64,000 nt of DNA from Bacillota bacterium (lineage in GTDB: Bacteria > Patescibacteriota > Patescibacteriia > Patescibacteriales > UBA12465), in assembly GCA_050259635.1 (NCBI GenBank), contig JBLNBA010000004.1:139005-203004 (forward strand), written 5' to 3'. Below the pieces are notes generated by a model, which was given only the letters and a program-made list of their open reading frames with translations, had not been told where the DNA came from and searched no databases. Below are positions 45,420-54,571 of this stretch, piece by piece (position 1 is the stretch's first letter; each line of letters begins with the position of its first letter). The translations under genes and the position numbers were made by a program.

Positions 45420-47648
45420 TTAGAATACCAAGAAATGCAATGGGATAGTAATCGGCGCCGCTAAGATAGACACTGTCACCATCAGCTTAATAAGGATATT
45501 AAGCGATGGCCCGGCGGTATCTTTATATGGGTCACCGTTCATATCACCAGTGATTGCCGCTTTATGGGCGGGAGAATTTTTTCCTCCGTACCAACCGGAT
45601 TCAATGAGCTTTTTAGCGTTATCCCATGCTCCACCGGCGTTAGCCATGAATACTGCCTGACCAAAACCGGAGGCAAGAGCACCAAGCAGATAAGCTAATA
45701 ACATATTCGGTCCACCCAGTATTCCGATAATCAATGGAATGAATATGACCATAAAAGCTGGAAAACGACTTTCTTTCTGAGCAGCCTTTACGCTTATATC
45801 GATACATTTCTGGTAATCCGGAAGGCTTTTCCCTTCCAAAATCCCCATCGTGGCAAACTGCCGTCTGATCTCATTCATCATAACAACAGCCGTGTCACCG
45901 ACTGCTCTCAATAAACGGGCAGAAAACAGCCAAGGAACGCTAACCCCGATAATAATACCGGATATCGTCCAGATGTCGAATATGGAATAAGTTACCTCAG
46001 ATGCATCAATACCGTGTCTTATCATCACGCTATTTATGACATGTCTCAAGGCATTCACTAGCACGAAAGCAGCAAATGCAGCGGAACCGATGGCATACCC
46101 CTTACCTGTAGCGGCGGTGGTATTACCAGTAGCATCTAGGTTATTACCGATAACTGCTCGGTCGCCATCTATGCGTGCCATTTCCAACAATCCTTGAGCA
46201 TTGTCAGCGATTGGGCCGAAGGCATCGATGGTTAAGGTTAATGGCAAGGTGGAAAGCATTGAAACAGCAGATAAACTGATACCGTACAAACCAAGGTTAT
46301 AATCACCATGACCGGCCACAAAATATGAGGCGATCATGCCGGCAACTAATACAATGGCAGTATATAACACACTAGACATCCCTAAGGCATTTCCTTCTAT
46401 AACTACACTAGCATGACCGCCGTTGGCCTTTTCGGCTAAACGCTGGACAGGTTTGTAGCTGGCACTAGTATGATATTCCGACACGAATGATATGGCATTT
46501 CCGGTTACTAATCCTATGACCACCGACCAGAAATATCCGAGGTCTTCAAAGGTGTAATATACTATGAAGAAACTGCCGATTACCACCAAGAGAGATGATA
46601 AATACACCCCACGACGGACGCTTTTCAGTAATTCTTTCAAGCTATTGTCTTTAACGCGGATGGCATATAGCCCGATTAACGAGGCAAGTATGCCCAGGGC
46701 GGAAATAGCAAGCGGTAACATAACAAGCAAAGCTGCAGTCATACCTAAACCGAATACGGTTGAATTAGTCTGCAATGCCCCGGCACCCAGTTCATTAGAA
46801 GCAATCTGCTCCGTTGAATGAAAGCTGGAAACTGCAGACGGAACTCCATATACCTGTACATGAGTGGCGGCGGCCTGGTAACCTGCTTCCATAGAAGCAG
46901 CATTACCACCGACGAAAGATTCATTCAAGTCGGTGCCCATGCCGTAAACATCACTAGCGATATCACCGGTATTATCGGCAATTACGGCGGGATTGCGATA
47001 ATCATCCTCATTCAGATTGAACTCGCCCTTACCGACGGTATCGGCAGCTTCATCGGCGCTTTTAGTATAAATACCTCCAGAGACACGAGCCATAAAGGCT
47101 ATATAACTGGCACCGAATGAGAAAGTAATAACAGTCGAAGTTAACACCTCGATCTGCTCATACATGCCCATTTGCGGACTAGTCCACATGATAATCAAAT
47201 ACCATATAGCTAAGTCGAGCAAACCGAATCCGCAGACAGAAAAGCCCATTACCGCTCCACCATTCAGGGCGCCCTTGAATGCCGCTTTTAATCCGAATTT
47301 CGTCAGATAGGCGACAATCTTGTTCGCTCTAGCGGCAGCTGTCATCCCGAAATAGGAAGATAAGGAGGCAAAGAAGGCGCCGCTTAATACGGCCCAAGGC
47401 GTTAATACATTTAGCCACCCGCTAAGGGCGAGAAGTAAGAGGAAAATGAATATCCCCCCGATGATTTTACCCGACGTCAAATACATTCGACGGATAAAAC
47501 TAGCAACGCCGGTCTTGATGTAGCCGGATAGTCTTACTAGTTCTGGCTCAAGTACTTCTTGACGACGGAGCCATTTTAGCTTCACGACCACTACCGATAA
47601 GGATAGCAGGGATGCAAACATCACGATGGCAAAAATCAGTGTTTCCAT
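45420..47648 (-). CDS. hppA: Membrane-integral pyrophosphatase (ion-translocating, K+-dependent-type signature)
   Basis: Start placed at ATG 47648 (METLIFAIV). Motifs IADNTGDIASDVYGMGTDL, GPIADNAQG, DATGNTTAATGKG (Ala, not Lys, after GNTT; 46110-46127), DPYKDTAGPSLN. Confidence 0.9.
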   Translation of the reverse strand: METLIFAIVMFASLLSLSVVVVKLKWLRRQEVLEPELVRLSGYIKTGVASFIRRMYLTSGKIIGGIFIFLLLLALSGWLNVLTPWAVLSGAFFASLSSYFGMTAAARANKIVAYLTKFGLKAAFKGALNGGAVMGFSVCGFGLLDLAIWYLIIMWTSPQMGMYEQIEVLTSTVITFSFGASYIAFMARVSGGIYTKSADEAADTVGKGEFNLNEDDYRNPAVIADNTGDIASDVYGMGTDLNESFVGGNAASMEAGYQAAATHVQVYGVPSAVSSFHSTEQIASNELGAGALQTNSTVFGLGMTAALLVMLPLAISALGILASLIGLYAIRVKDNSLKELLKSVRRGVYLSSLLVVIGSFFIVYYTFEDLGYFWSVVIGLVTGNAISFVSEYHTSASYKPVQRLAEKANGGHASVVIEGNALGMSSVLYTAIVLVAGMIASYFVAGHGDYNLGLYGISLSAVSMLSTLPLTLTIDAFGPIADNAQGLLEMARIDGDRAVIGNNLDATGNTTAATGKGYAIGSAAFAAFVLVNALRHVINSVMIRHGIDASEVTYSIFDIWTISGIIIGVSVPWLFSARLLRAVGDTAVVMMNEIRRQFATMGILEGKSLPDYQKCIDISVKAAQKESRFPAFMVIFIPLIIGILGGPNMLLAYLLGALASGFGQAVFMANAGGAWDNAKKLIESGWYGGKNSPAHKAAITGDMNGDPYKDTAGPSLNILIKLMVTVSILAAPITIPLHFLVF

Positions 47649-47711
47649 AAACGATCGTTTTTTGTGTTTAGTTGTTAAATTACAAATAAAAAAGGGTTTC
47701 CCCCTCATATC

Positions 47712-47740
47712 GTTCTATCCCTAAAAGCATAAAGTGTCAA
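47712..47740 (-). promoter_or_regulatory. Candidate hppA promoter
   Basis: Minus strand reads TTGACA-N17-TAGAAC. The implied start site near 47705 argues against the long ORF start at 47708. Confidence 0.45.
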
Positions 47741-47808
47741 TAATCGTGGAAATACAATCAACACATATACTGAGATATTGTCAATGGTATTAAAAAAGCC
47801 CCGATTAA

Positions 47809-48111
47809 TCAGGACTTATAGTGGCGTCTAAAACCTCGGCTAGGCTTATCCTCTACCTCGAAATTAGCATAGAGAAAGAACAGGGTGACGACAAAGGCGA
47901 TCACAAAGACCAATAGGCCGCGGCTAATGGCCTTGAGCTCTATTCCCAAAGTATAAGAGACGATTGCACCGGCAAAGACACAAAGGAAAAGATAAAGATA
48001 TCGTCTTATCTTGGTCTTTGCTTTCACCTGGGATAGATAGATGTCGAAGACAAATGATGCAAAGAGCAGGCCAAGGAGGCCGGCAAGGTGCAGGAAAAGG
48101 ATGATATTCAT
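47809..48111 (-). CDS. Small hypothetical membrane protein (3 TM)
   Basis: 100-aa hydrophobic ORF with a basic C-terminus. Confidence 0.55.
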   Translation of the reverse strand: MNIILFLHLAGLLGLLFASFVFDIYLSQVKAKTKIRRYLYLFLCVFAGAIVSYTLGIELKAISRGLLVFVIAFVVTLFFLYANFEVEDKPSRGFRRHYKS

Positions 48112-48186
48112 CGGTTAGGGTTTTGGAATGAACGAACAGTTAATTGCCCATAACTTACCCCCATTGGGACATCTCGTCAATGGCAA

Positions 48187-48216
48187 TAAAAAAGCCCGTG
48201 TTTCGCAACAGGGGCT
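48187..48216 (-). terminator. Rho-independent terminator
   Basis: Minus strand reads AGCCCCTG-ttgcgaaa-CACGGGCT followed by TTTTTT. Confidence 0.6.
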
Positions 48217-48256
48217 CATGGACAAGAAACAGAAATATAACTAAGAACAAACCGTA

Positions 48257-48823
48257 CTAATGGAATAAGATTTTGGGAGAACTGATCTTCTCTTCTTCTT
48301 TCACGTCTTCTTGCCTTTTCCAGGAAGAAGGGATGGCGAATTGGAAAACCGCCATACCGATGATGAAAGTGATAAAGAACAATAGATGGGCAAGCAAGCG
48401 CTCTTCTGCGCTTATCGTGTAGAAAGACAGATTCAGGAGGAAGAGTGCGAGCATGAGCAAGCCGAAAGTCAGATTGGATGTGGCCTTCGTCGCTTTCTGC
48501 CGGGCTTTTTCCTGGCTGTACATGCAAGTACGGCGGCTATAGCCATCCAAGCGGCGGGAAACAGCAGTATGATAACAGGCTATGGTCACGCTGATACACA
48601 TGCCGAGGATGATCGCTAAGGGTCCTCCAGATGAGAGCTCCGGCTGCATTATTGCCGCGAGAAACACCGGGGCACAGACGAGAAATGACCTGGTAACTAT
48701 CTTCCAGGCTACCGAGGTGTATTCCTTGTCGCTTTGCAGACGACTATACAATCTCAGATAAAGAGCGGCCACGCTCAGAAAAACTAAGGCCAGGAGGCAG
48801 AACAATAACAGAAGTTGGTTCAT
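48257..48823 (-). CDS. Hypothetical membrane protein (5-6 TM)
   Basis: 188-aa hydrophobic ORF. The overlapping 103-aa alternative frame (48216-48527) is rejected. Confidence 0.55.
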   Translation of the reverse strand: MNQLLLLFCLLALVFLSVAALYLRLYSRLQSDKEYTSVAWKIVTRSFLVCAPVFLAAIMQPELSSGGPLAIILGMCISVTIACYHTAVSRRLDGYSRRTCMYSQEKARQKATKATSNLTFGLLMLALFLLNLSFYTISAEERLLAHLLFFITFIIGMAVFQFAIPSSWKRQEDVKEEEKISSPKILFH

Positions 48824-48860
48824 GACTGATATTTTTTGGTAGGTACTAAATTTATATTAA

Positions 48861-49478
48861 CTATTCAGGAGATAAATGTAAATGCTTTTTCCTGCGTTCA
48901 AATCCATAGGCGATAATCTGGAAAGAGGGATGATACAGGGCAAAGACATAGAGAGCCACCCCATAGAGGTGTAAGAAGGCGGAAACGGACAGCAAGGAGT
49001 ATATATGATACTCGGCACTCAGTCCCAGCAGGGATAAAGCGAGGAAGATAAGGAAAAGACCCTTTTTCTTGTCTAAATCCTTTAACTCCCGGTCTCTGCC
49101 TCCCAAGAGGGAGAGATCATAGACCGAAAAGAGATAGGCGGCCACAGCAAGGGCGAGAGCCAGCGCCATAGACAGGATAACAACCTCCCGGGCATAACCT
49201 AGCCCGGAAGCTAAAGCTAACCAGGATACCGGCAAGGCGATTAAGAGGAGGAGATCTCTCTTCCCCTTCCAGGATGATAGCCGGAAGAGATAGGAAAGAT
49301 AGGCACGGACTAAAGGGCCGTCTTTAGGGCTAGGACTGCCTCCACGGAGACGATAACGGCGCAAACGGTCTCGGTATCTCGTCAGCTGGCAATACCTCTT
49401 CCAGTACCTTCTATGCCCCTGCCAATAAATCCCAACCACTAAGGTAGCGATCAGGACAAGCAACAACGATGTGCTCAT
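48861..49478 (-). CDS. Hypothetical membrane protein
   Basis: Start placed at ATG 49478 (MSTSLLLVLIATLVV), because the predicted start site of the upstream promoter coincides with the track's TTG at 49514. Confidence 0.55.
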   Translation of the reverse strand: MSTSLLLVLIATLVVGIYWQGHRRYWKRYCQLTRYRDRLRRYRLRGGSPSPKDGPLVRAYLSYLFRLSSWKGKRDLLLLIALPVSWLALASGLGYAREVVILSMALALALAVAAYLFSVYDLSLLGGRDRELKDLDKKKGLFLIFLALSLLGLSAEYHIYSLLSVSAFLHLYGVALYVFALYHPSFQIIAYGFERRKKHLHLSPE

Positions 49479-49520
49479 GTTTATCTGATATTTGATGGTT
49501 TTGTTAAAGATCAACCGATT

Positions 49521-49549
49521 ATAGTATAATGATACAGCATTTCTGTCAA
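49521..49549 (-). promoter_or_regulatory. Sigma70-type promoter
   Basis: Minus strand reads TTGACA-N17-TACTAT. Confidence 0.6.
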
Positions 49550-49581
49550 GAGTGGAACTTTCCTTCCCTCTAAGAATATTA

Positions 49582-49617
49582 TATCAGAATATAACAAAAG
49601 ACCCCCTGTGAAGGGGG
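49582..49617. repeat. Direct repeat copy A (36 nt, contains a terminator hairpin)
   Basis: tatcagaatataacaaaagaccccctgtgaaggggg is identical to 51011-51046. Weaker similarity extends about 20 nt further upstream. Confidence 0.9.
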
Positions 49618-49625
49618 CCTAAAGT

Positions 49626-50054
49626 TTAGGATTGCTTGTTCAAAGTAATATCGATTGGCGTTTCTGCCACCAAGATATACTCCTTCTTCTCTTTATACTT
49701 CACTTTTACCAAATATTTCCCTTCGTCTGTAAATCCAAAGCCATTTATCTTTGACGTAGCCCGGAGCCTCCGGCGATCCTTGGGCATTACACACTCCTGT
49801 TCAAATGAATTCAACACTTTCCCCTCCGGATCATAGATTTCTACCAGGAGCTGAAAATGCCTCTCCTTATTGGCTTTTTCATCAAACCACAAGGTGACCA
49901 CATGGAATGATATCGGCAACATCTTGATTACCTTCCGATCAAGCTCCTCTCGATAGTTGATATTAATCTCATCCAAGGTCTCAAGCAGGCTTAGAGAGTT
50001 CGTTTCCCCGTCGATTATTGAATTTTTACAAACTACCGACCAAACATTTTTCAT
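49626..50054 (-). CDS. Hypothetical protein, third gene of the TA-like cassette
   Basis: 142 aa, beta-rich pattern (VKVKYKEKKEYILV); starts 17 nt after the antitoxin stop; no family recognised. Confidence 0.55.
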   Translation of the reverse strand: MKNVWSVVCKNSIIDGETNSLSLLETLDEININYREELDRKVIKMLPISFHVVTLWFDEKANKERHFQLLVEIYDPEGKVLNSFEQECVMPKDRRRLRATSKINGFGFTDEGKYLVKVKYKEKKEYILVAETPIDITLNKQS

Positions 50055-50071
50055 AGATATAATAAATACGA

Positions 50072-50467
50072 TTAATTACAATTCAAGGAATATTGGGGCT
50101 TATGATAAAAATCCTTAACCTCGACACAAAAAGCCCGTTGATTGTTTGGAGTGGAAACTCCGCTTAGTACCTGCAGATCGGTAATCTTGACCTCCCTCCC
50201 CGTAATCGCGTCAAAACCATCGATGATCATCTGGATATTGAGAAATTTGAATAACTTAAACAGCATTTTCGCACCCATATTATAACTATCCGCATTCTCA
50301 ATCTGAGAGATTATCCTTTGTGTGGTAGCCGTTTTTTCAGCCAAATCTTCTTGGCTTAATTTCATGCTATTCCGGGCTTTATAGACCGCATCGCCGATGC
50401 CCATAAAAAACAAGCTCAACTGGACACCTTCTTTAAATTCATTTTTTTTGTCAGGGTTAGATCTCAT
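50072..50467 (-). CDS. XRE-family HTH protein, putative HigA-like antitoxin with ~55-aa C-terminal extension
   Basis: 131 aa; ARNSMKLSQEDLAEKTATTQRIISQIEN helix-turn-helix; starts 4 nt after the toxin stop. Confidence 0.7.
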   Translation of the reverse strand: MRSNPDKKNEFKEGVQLSLFFMGIGDAVYKARNSMKLSQEDLAEKTATTQRIISQIENADSYNMGAKMLFKLFKFLNIQMIIDGFDAITGREVKITDLQVLSGVSTPNNQRAFCVEVKDFYHKPQYSLNCN

Positions 50468-50471
50468 ATAA

Positions 50472-50909
50472 TTATTTATATTTCTCTATTTCACTATATA
50501 TGTAACATTTTCCATTATCCTCGCCATATTCTTCGTAATATGCCTGCGCTTCCGCTAGTTTACGCTCAGACTCTCGATCTTCTGCTCCATGCTCCTTGAA
50601 GCCATCCGTCTTATGGAAACCATTCAATATAACCAGTCTTTCATTTGTTATATCGGTGTAAAATGGCAATCTGATAAGATCTGAACTGCGCTTCACTCTC
50701 ACTTCGATCGCATCATACGGTTTACTGAGTTTCTTTATATACTGTCCGCCCGGCATCCCTCTCCTACTGAGCGCAAACAAGAGCGCCGAAAATACTTTTT
50801 GTCTTTCCGCGAGACGAAGATCTAAGTCCTTTCCGTACCTAGATATGAGAAATTGTTGCATAGGCGAAGACTCGTGATCTTTATCTCTGCAGAAAAACGC
50901 TAAATGCAT
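50472..50909 (-). CDS. RelE/HigB-superfamily toxin of the Gp49-like (DUF891) type
   Basis: 145 aa; IEVRVKRSSDLIRLPFYTDITNERLVILNGFHKTDG...AEAQAYYEEY matches the Gp49/HigB-like pattern; toxin-first gene order. Confidence 0.6.
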   Translation of the reverse strand: MHLAFFCRDKDHESSPMQQFLISRYGKDLDLRLAERQKVFSALLFALSRRGMPGGQYIKKLSKPYDAIEVRVKRSSDLIRLPFYTDITNERLVILNGFHKTDGFKEHGAEDRESERKLAEAQAYYEEYGEDNGKCYIYSEIEKYK

Positions 50910-50940
50910 GGGCGTTTTAAGTTTAATGAATCATGAATAT

Positions 50941-50968
50941 ATTATACCTTATCGGGTATAGATGTCAA
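50941..50968 (-). promoter_or_regulatory. Strong sigma70-type promoter of the TA-like cassette
   Basis: Minus strand reads TTGACA-N16-TATAAT, 32 nt upstream of ATG 50909. Confidence 0.7.
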
Positions 50969-51010
50969 GGGTAATGAGCAAATATATCCACCCTACCCTT
51001 AAGACAAATG

Positions 51011-51046
51011 TATCAGAATATAACAAAAGACCCCCTGTGAAGGGGG
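51011..51046. repeat. Direct repeat copy B, which is also the terminator of the surface-protein gene
   Basis: Identical 36 nt. Hairpin GACCCCCT-gtga-AGGGGGTC has T-runs on both strands. Confidence 0.9.
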
Positions 51047-51073
51047 TCTTTTTGTTGGCAAAACTTACTTTAA

Positions 51074-54000
51074 TTACTTAGTAAGGGCCTGAGTGTTGGT
51101 CGGAAGACCGACAACATACTTGCCACTAGCATAAGTGTATTCAGTAAGAGAGGCACCATCAGACCAAACAAAGTTACCATCAGTACCGAAGTTGGCATCG
51201 CTATCAATCTTTGTAGTCAAAGACTGAGAGTTATCACCAGTAGCGGTAATAGTGGTCAGAACTTCGAAAGTCTTAGAGGTTCCAGCCGGGATGATTTCAG
51301 GTGCGGTATCGAGGTCAACTGTAATAGTACCAGCACCAACGGTAGAGGCAACAGCCTTAGTGACACCATCAACCTTCAAACCATTGCTGGCAAGAGTCTG
51401 AATGGTAACACCAGACGAAGTTGCAACCTTCAACACAACCTTCTTAAACGCCACGTCTCCGTTAGAATCAGCAGTAACGGTGAATCTAGAGACAACGACA
51501 TCGCCAGCAGTCAAGATAGTTGACGGAAGAGTCTGCAAAGCGACAGTCGGGGCAGTCTTGCGGATGCGGAAAGGGTTGGCCGAAACGTCAGCGGACTGAG
51601 TAGATTCAGAGCCAGCGGTCGACTTGAACTTAACCTGAGAAACATGAACGGTAAGATCCTTATCGGTTGCATCTGCATCATTCTCAATATTGTTGAGAGC
51701 AGCGCGGACAGATAAAGTCTTGCTGGTATTAGCATTGATTACCACGTTATTATTGATGGTAAATTTGCCAGTACCACTCACCGGTACGAATTCGCTGATC
51801 AAATTGCTACCATCATATAACTTGAAGGCGGCAATTCTGGCATCAGCAGAAGAGGTAGCAGCAGAGCCGTCCCAGTTAGAAACGGTCATTTCGGTCAAGT
51901 TAGCGCTGTCATTAACGGCGGTGAACTTGAAACGAGCTACTTCCTTCTCAGCCGGGCTAGTAACGAGAATAGAGGAAACAGGTGTATCACCAGCCTTCTC
52001 TACATTCAAAGAGCCGGATTCAACTACTGCGAAATCCGCAGTGGAATCAGACAAATCGCTACCACCAGCAGTGGTCAAAGCGGATCCACGGGAATCCTGA
52101 GCGCTTACAGTCATAACGGTCAAGAAACCGCCTGCAGCTGAAGCATCAAAGGAACCCTTAACCTCAACGATCTTAGTGCTATCCTTCGCGATAGTGAAGT
52201 TTAAGGAGGAGAAAGTGGAACCAGTTGAACCGAAGTCAACAGTGCTTCCAACCTGTACTCCATCAACAAACAACTTCATGTCAGACACAGAGTTAGCATT
52301 AACATCTGTGCTAGAAGCAGAGGTGTTGCCTGCAAGACTGATAGAGGTAACTTTAACCTCATCATTTTCAGCCTTTAAGGTAAACTTACCAAGAGAAACA
52401 TCGGTCATACCTTGAACGATGGTTCTGTTGTTAGAATAACCATCGCTTCTAACGGTGGTCAACTTAGCACCCTGGACAGTGAAGATACCGCCAGTAGCAG
52501 TTCCGGAGATATCACCGGTCGCATCATCAGTGCTAACCATGTTGCCAGAAGCAACATATTCTGGGTTCATACCGTCAAACAAATTACCATTTAACTGTGC
52601 ATAGAATGCAGATGCAGCAACGGCAGTTGTCTTAGCACGAACCATAACCTTGATTTCATTATCACCCTTATTCAAGGTGAAATTGCTATCAATGGCTTCA
52701 GTCTGCATGGCAGAAGAACTGGTAGCAGCAGGATCAAAAGAATCCAGGAGCATACCGTTCACGTAAACGCGAATGTTCTCAAAGTTATCAACGGTCGCCG
52801 AGTTATCGGTCGCAGAACCGTATCTTACATTGATACCATCAACATTAATCTGCTCATCAGCACGAACATTAGCTATCAACACGGTGTTGTCAGAACCCTT
52901 AACGATTGTGGTTGCAGCAGGGGAAGCAGATTTCTTAGAGACAGAAACCTTACCCGAAGCCAAAACAACGGTAGAAATAGCTGCATTATCAGCTAAAGTA
53001 GTACCAGCATAGGTATTTACACCAAAGCCGGTATTCTTCTCAACAGCTACTAAGTCAGTAGCCTTGTTTAAGACGAATACAAAGCTGTTGCCAGTGTTTT
53101 CCTTAGCAATCATATCTCCCTTTATGTAGAAGATCTTGGAGGAATCATCCTTCAATAAATCTAATCCAGTTCCCGGGAAATAGAAGGTGACAAAGCGACC
53201 ATCTACAGTGTAGCGGTCAGAAACTTTATTACCATTGTTCTCAAGGAAAAGATTCATGGAAGCGCGGGATAAATCTTCTGAGCCATTATTCTTAAGAGTA
53301 ATGGACTTCAGGGTTACATCCTTTGCATAAGCCTTGAAACCGATTTCCATCTTACCCAATTCAACCTTTTCATCGCCAACCTTAACATTATAAGAAGCAG
53401 AAGAGGTGGAAACTAAAGAGAGCTGAGTTAAATCATAAGTGGTCAAAGCCATCAAATTTCCGTTAATCGGGAAAGACCCGGTTACAGAAGCCGCAGAGGA
53501 AGAAACCGCTGAAGCAGAAACGATGGCTAACCCCATGTTACCGGTAGCGCTATCGAGACGAGCAGCTAAATCGATGGAAACAGTCTGCCCAGCAGGGATA
53601 ACTAAAGCCGGTGAGAACACTAAGATTGATTCATCATTAGAGCTCATTGACTTCTTAGAGGTAACTAAGACACCGTCCTTTTCCGCCCAAACCTCCTTGA
53701 CGTTGGTCGCAGAAGAAAGGCCGATTCTCTTTACCGTTAAAGAGTTCAAAGAGATTGCACCATCATTAGCAGCTGTGAGATTAACCTTAGTGAAAGGAAC
53801 TCTTACAGCAGAAGCCGGGATGGAAGTAGAGGCCGGAGTAGCAGCAGACAGGCTTAAGGTTAAGCCAGAGCCAGTGATAATCGGACCAACGCCGCCAGAC
53901 GGAGCCGAGAAGGTCTCGAAACCGGTGATGGAGGTGCCGCCAGCAGTCAAAGTGGCAGTGGTGGTAACGATATTCGCGAAGTTGAAGCGATTAGCAGTAA

Positions 54001-54571
54001 AAGCTGCTTCGTTAGCAATTAAGCGATAGTTGGTACCATCATAGTAGTAGACAGAAGCGTTGTTCGCATTCTTCAACAAGGTACCAGCCGGGTACTGACC
54101 AGAGGTCAAAGGAGTACCGACAGTGTAGTTGGTGAAGAAGGAATCAGCAACGTCAACGATGATCTTGTTCCAATTGGAACCGTACAAAGCGATAGCATCA
54201 GCTTCGCTCTGGATCTTTCTGAGAACGCCATTAGGAGTAACGGCATAAACGGAAGGATCAGTAGTGATCTTGACGAGCTTGGTGCCCGGTCTCATGGTGA
54301 CGTTTGCGCCTAACGGATAGGACTGCAATTCAGAAGCAGGGATGGTTACCACGCCGCTGAAATCATTGTACCAAGAGAAGTACACGGATTCGCTCGGGAA
54401 GACATATCTCTTGCCATCGTTGCCAAGGTAATAGACGGAGGACAAGCCATCCATCTTGATCAAATCACCAGCCTGGGCTGCTGCAGAGGCCGGAGCCACG
54501 GTCAGACCGCTCATAGCGATGATTGACAATACCATTACGCCGATGGTTAAGAATTTGCGTAATTTTTTCAT
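51074..54571 (-). CDS. Large secreted surface protein (S-layer/adhesin-like, Ig-like repeat-rich)
   Basis: Start placed at ATG 54571 (MKKLRKFLTIGVMVLSIIAMSGLTVAPASA signal). 1165 aa, T/S/A/V/G/N-rich with no Cys. Repeated beta-rich modules (VKVTSISLAG, LTEMTVSNW, FKKVVLKV). Confidence 0.7.
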   Translation of the reverse strand: MKKLRKFLTIGVMVLSIIAMSGLTVAPASAAAQAGDLIKMDGLSSVYYLGNDGKRYVFPSESVYFSWYNDFSGVVTIPASELQSYPLGANVTMRPGTKLVKITTDPSVYAVTPNGVLRKIQSEADAIALYGSNWNKIIVDVADSFFTNYTVGTPLTSGQYPAGTLLKNANNASVYYYDGTNYRLIANEAAFTANRFNFANIVTTTATLTAGGTSITGFETFSAPSGGVGPIITGSGLTLSLSAATPASTSIPASAVRVPFTKVNLTAANDGAISLNSLTVKRIGLSSATNVKEVWAEKDGVLVTSKKSMSSNDESILVFSPALVIPAGQTVSIDLAARLDSATGNMGLAIVSASAVSSSAASVTGSFPINGNLMALTTYDLTQLSLVSTSSASYNVKVGDEKVELGKMEIGFKAYAKDVTLKSITLKNNGSEDLSRASMNLFLENNGNKVSDRYTVDGRFVTFYFPGTGLDLLKDDSSKIFYIKGDMIAKENTGNSFVFVLNKATDLVAVEKNTGFGVNTYAGTTLADNAAISTVVLASGKVSVSKKSASPAATTIVKGSDNTVLIANVRADEQINVDGINVRYGSATDNSATVDNFENIRVYVNGMLLDSFDPAATSSSAMQTEAIDSNFTLNKGDNEIKVMVRAKTTAVAASAFYAQLNGNLFDGMNPEYVASGNMVSTDDATGDISGTATGGIFTVQGAKLTTVRSDGYSNNRTIVQGMTDVSLGKFTLKAENDEVKVTSISLAGNTSASSTDVNANSVSDMKLFVDGVQVGSTVDFGSTGSTFSSLNFTIAKDSTKIVEVKGSFDASAAGGFLTVMTVSAQDSRGSALTTAGGSDLSDSTADFAVVESGSLNVEKAGDTPVSSILVTSPAEKEVARFKFTAVNDSANLTEMTVSNWDGSAATSSADARIAAFKLYDGSNLISEFVPVSGTGKFTINNNVVINANTSKTLSVRAALNNIENDADATDKDLTVHVSQVKFKSTAGSESTQSADVSANPFRIRKTAPTVALQTLPSTILTAGDVVVSRFTVTADSNGDVAFKKVVLKVATSSGVTIQTLASNGLKVDGVTKAVASTVGAGTITVDLDTAPEIIPAGTSKTFEVLTTITATGDNSQSLTTKIDSDANFGTDGNFVWSDGASLTEYTYASGKYVVGLPTNTQALTK

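Larger units (their letters stand above)
49582..51046 (-). mobile_element. Direct-repeat-bracketed three-gene toxin-antitoxin-like cassette (candidate inserted module)
   Basis: Perfect 36-nt repeats flank 1393 bp of AT-richer DNA carrying its own TTGACA-N16-TATAAT promoter, three tightly spaced genes and a terminator. No recombinase is present. Confidence 0.4.

Noticed and set aside
48216-48527. 103-aa ORF overlapping the 188-aa membrane protein gene in another frame
   Set aside because: The 188-aa frame gives a coherent multi-TM protein and is followed by a terminator at 48187-48216. The alternative frame is Arg/His-rich with no features.
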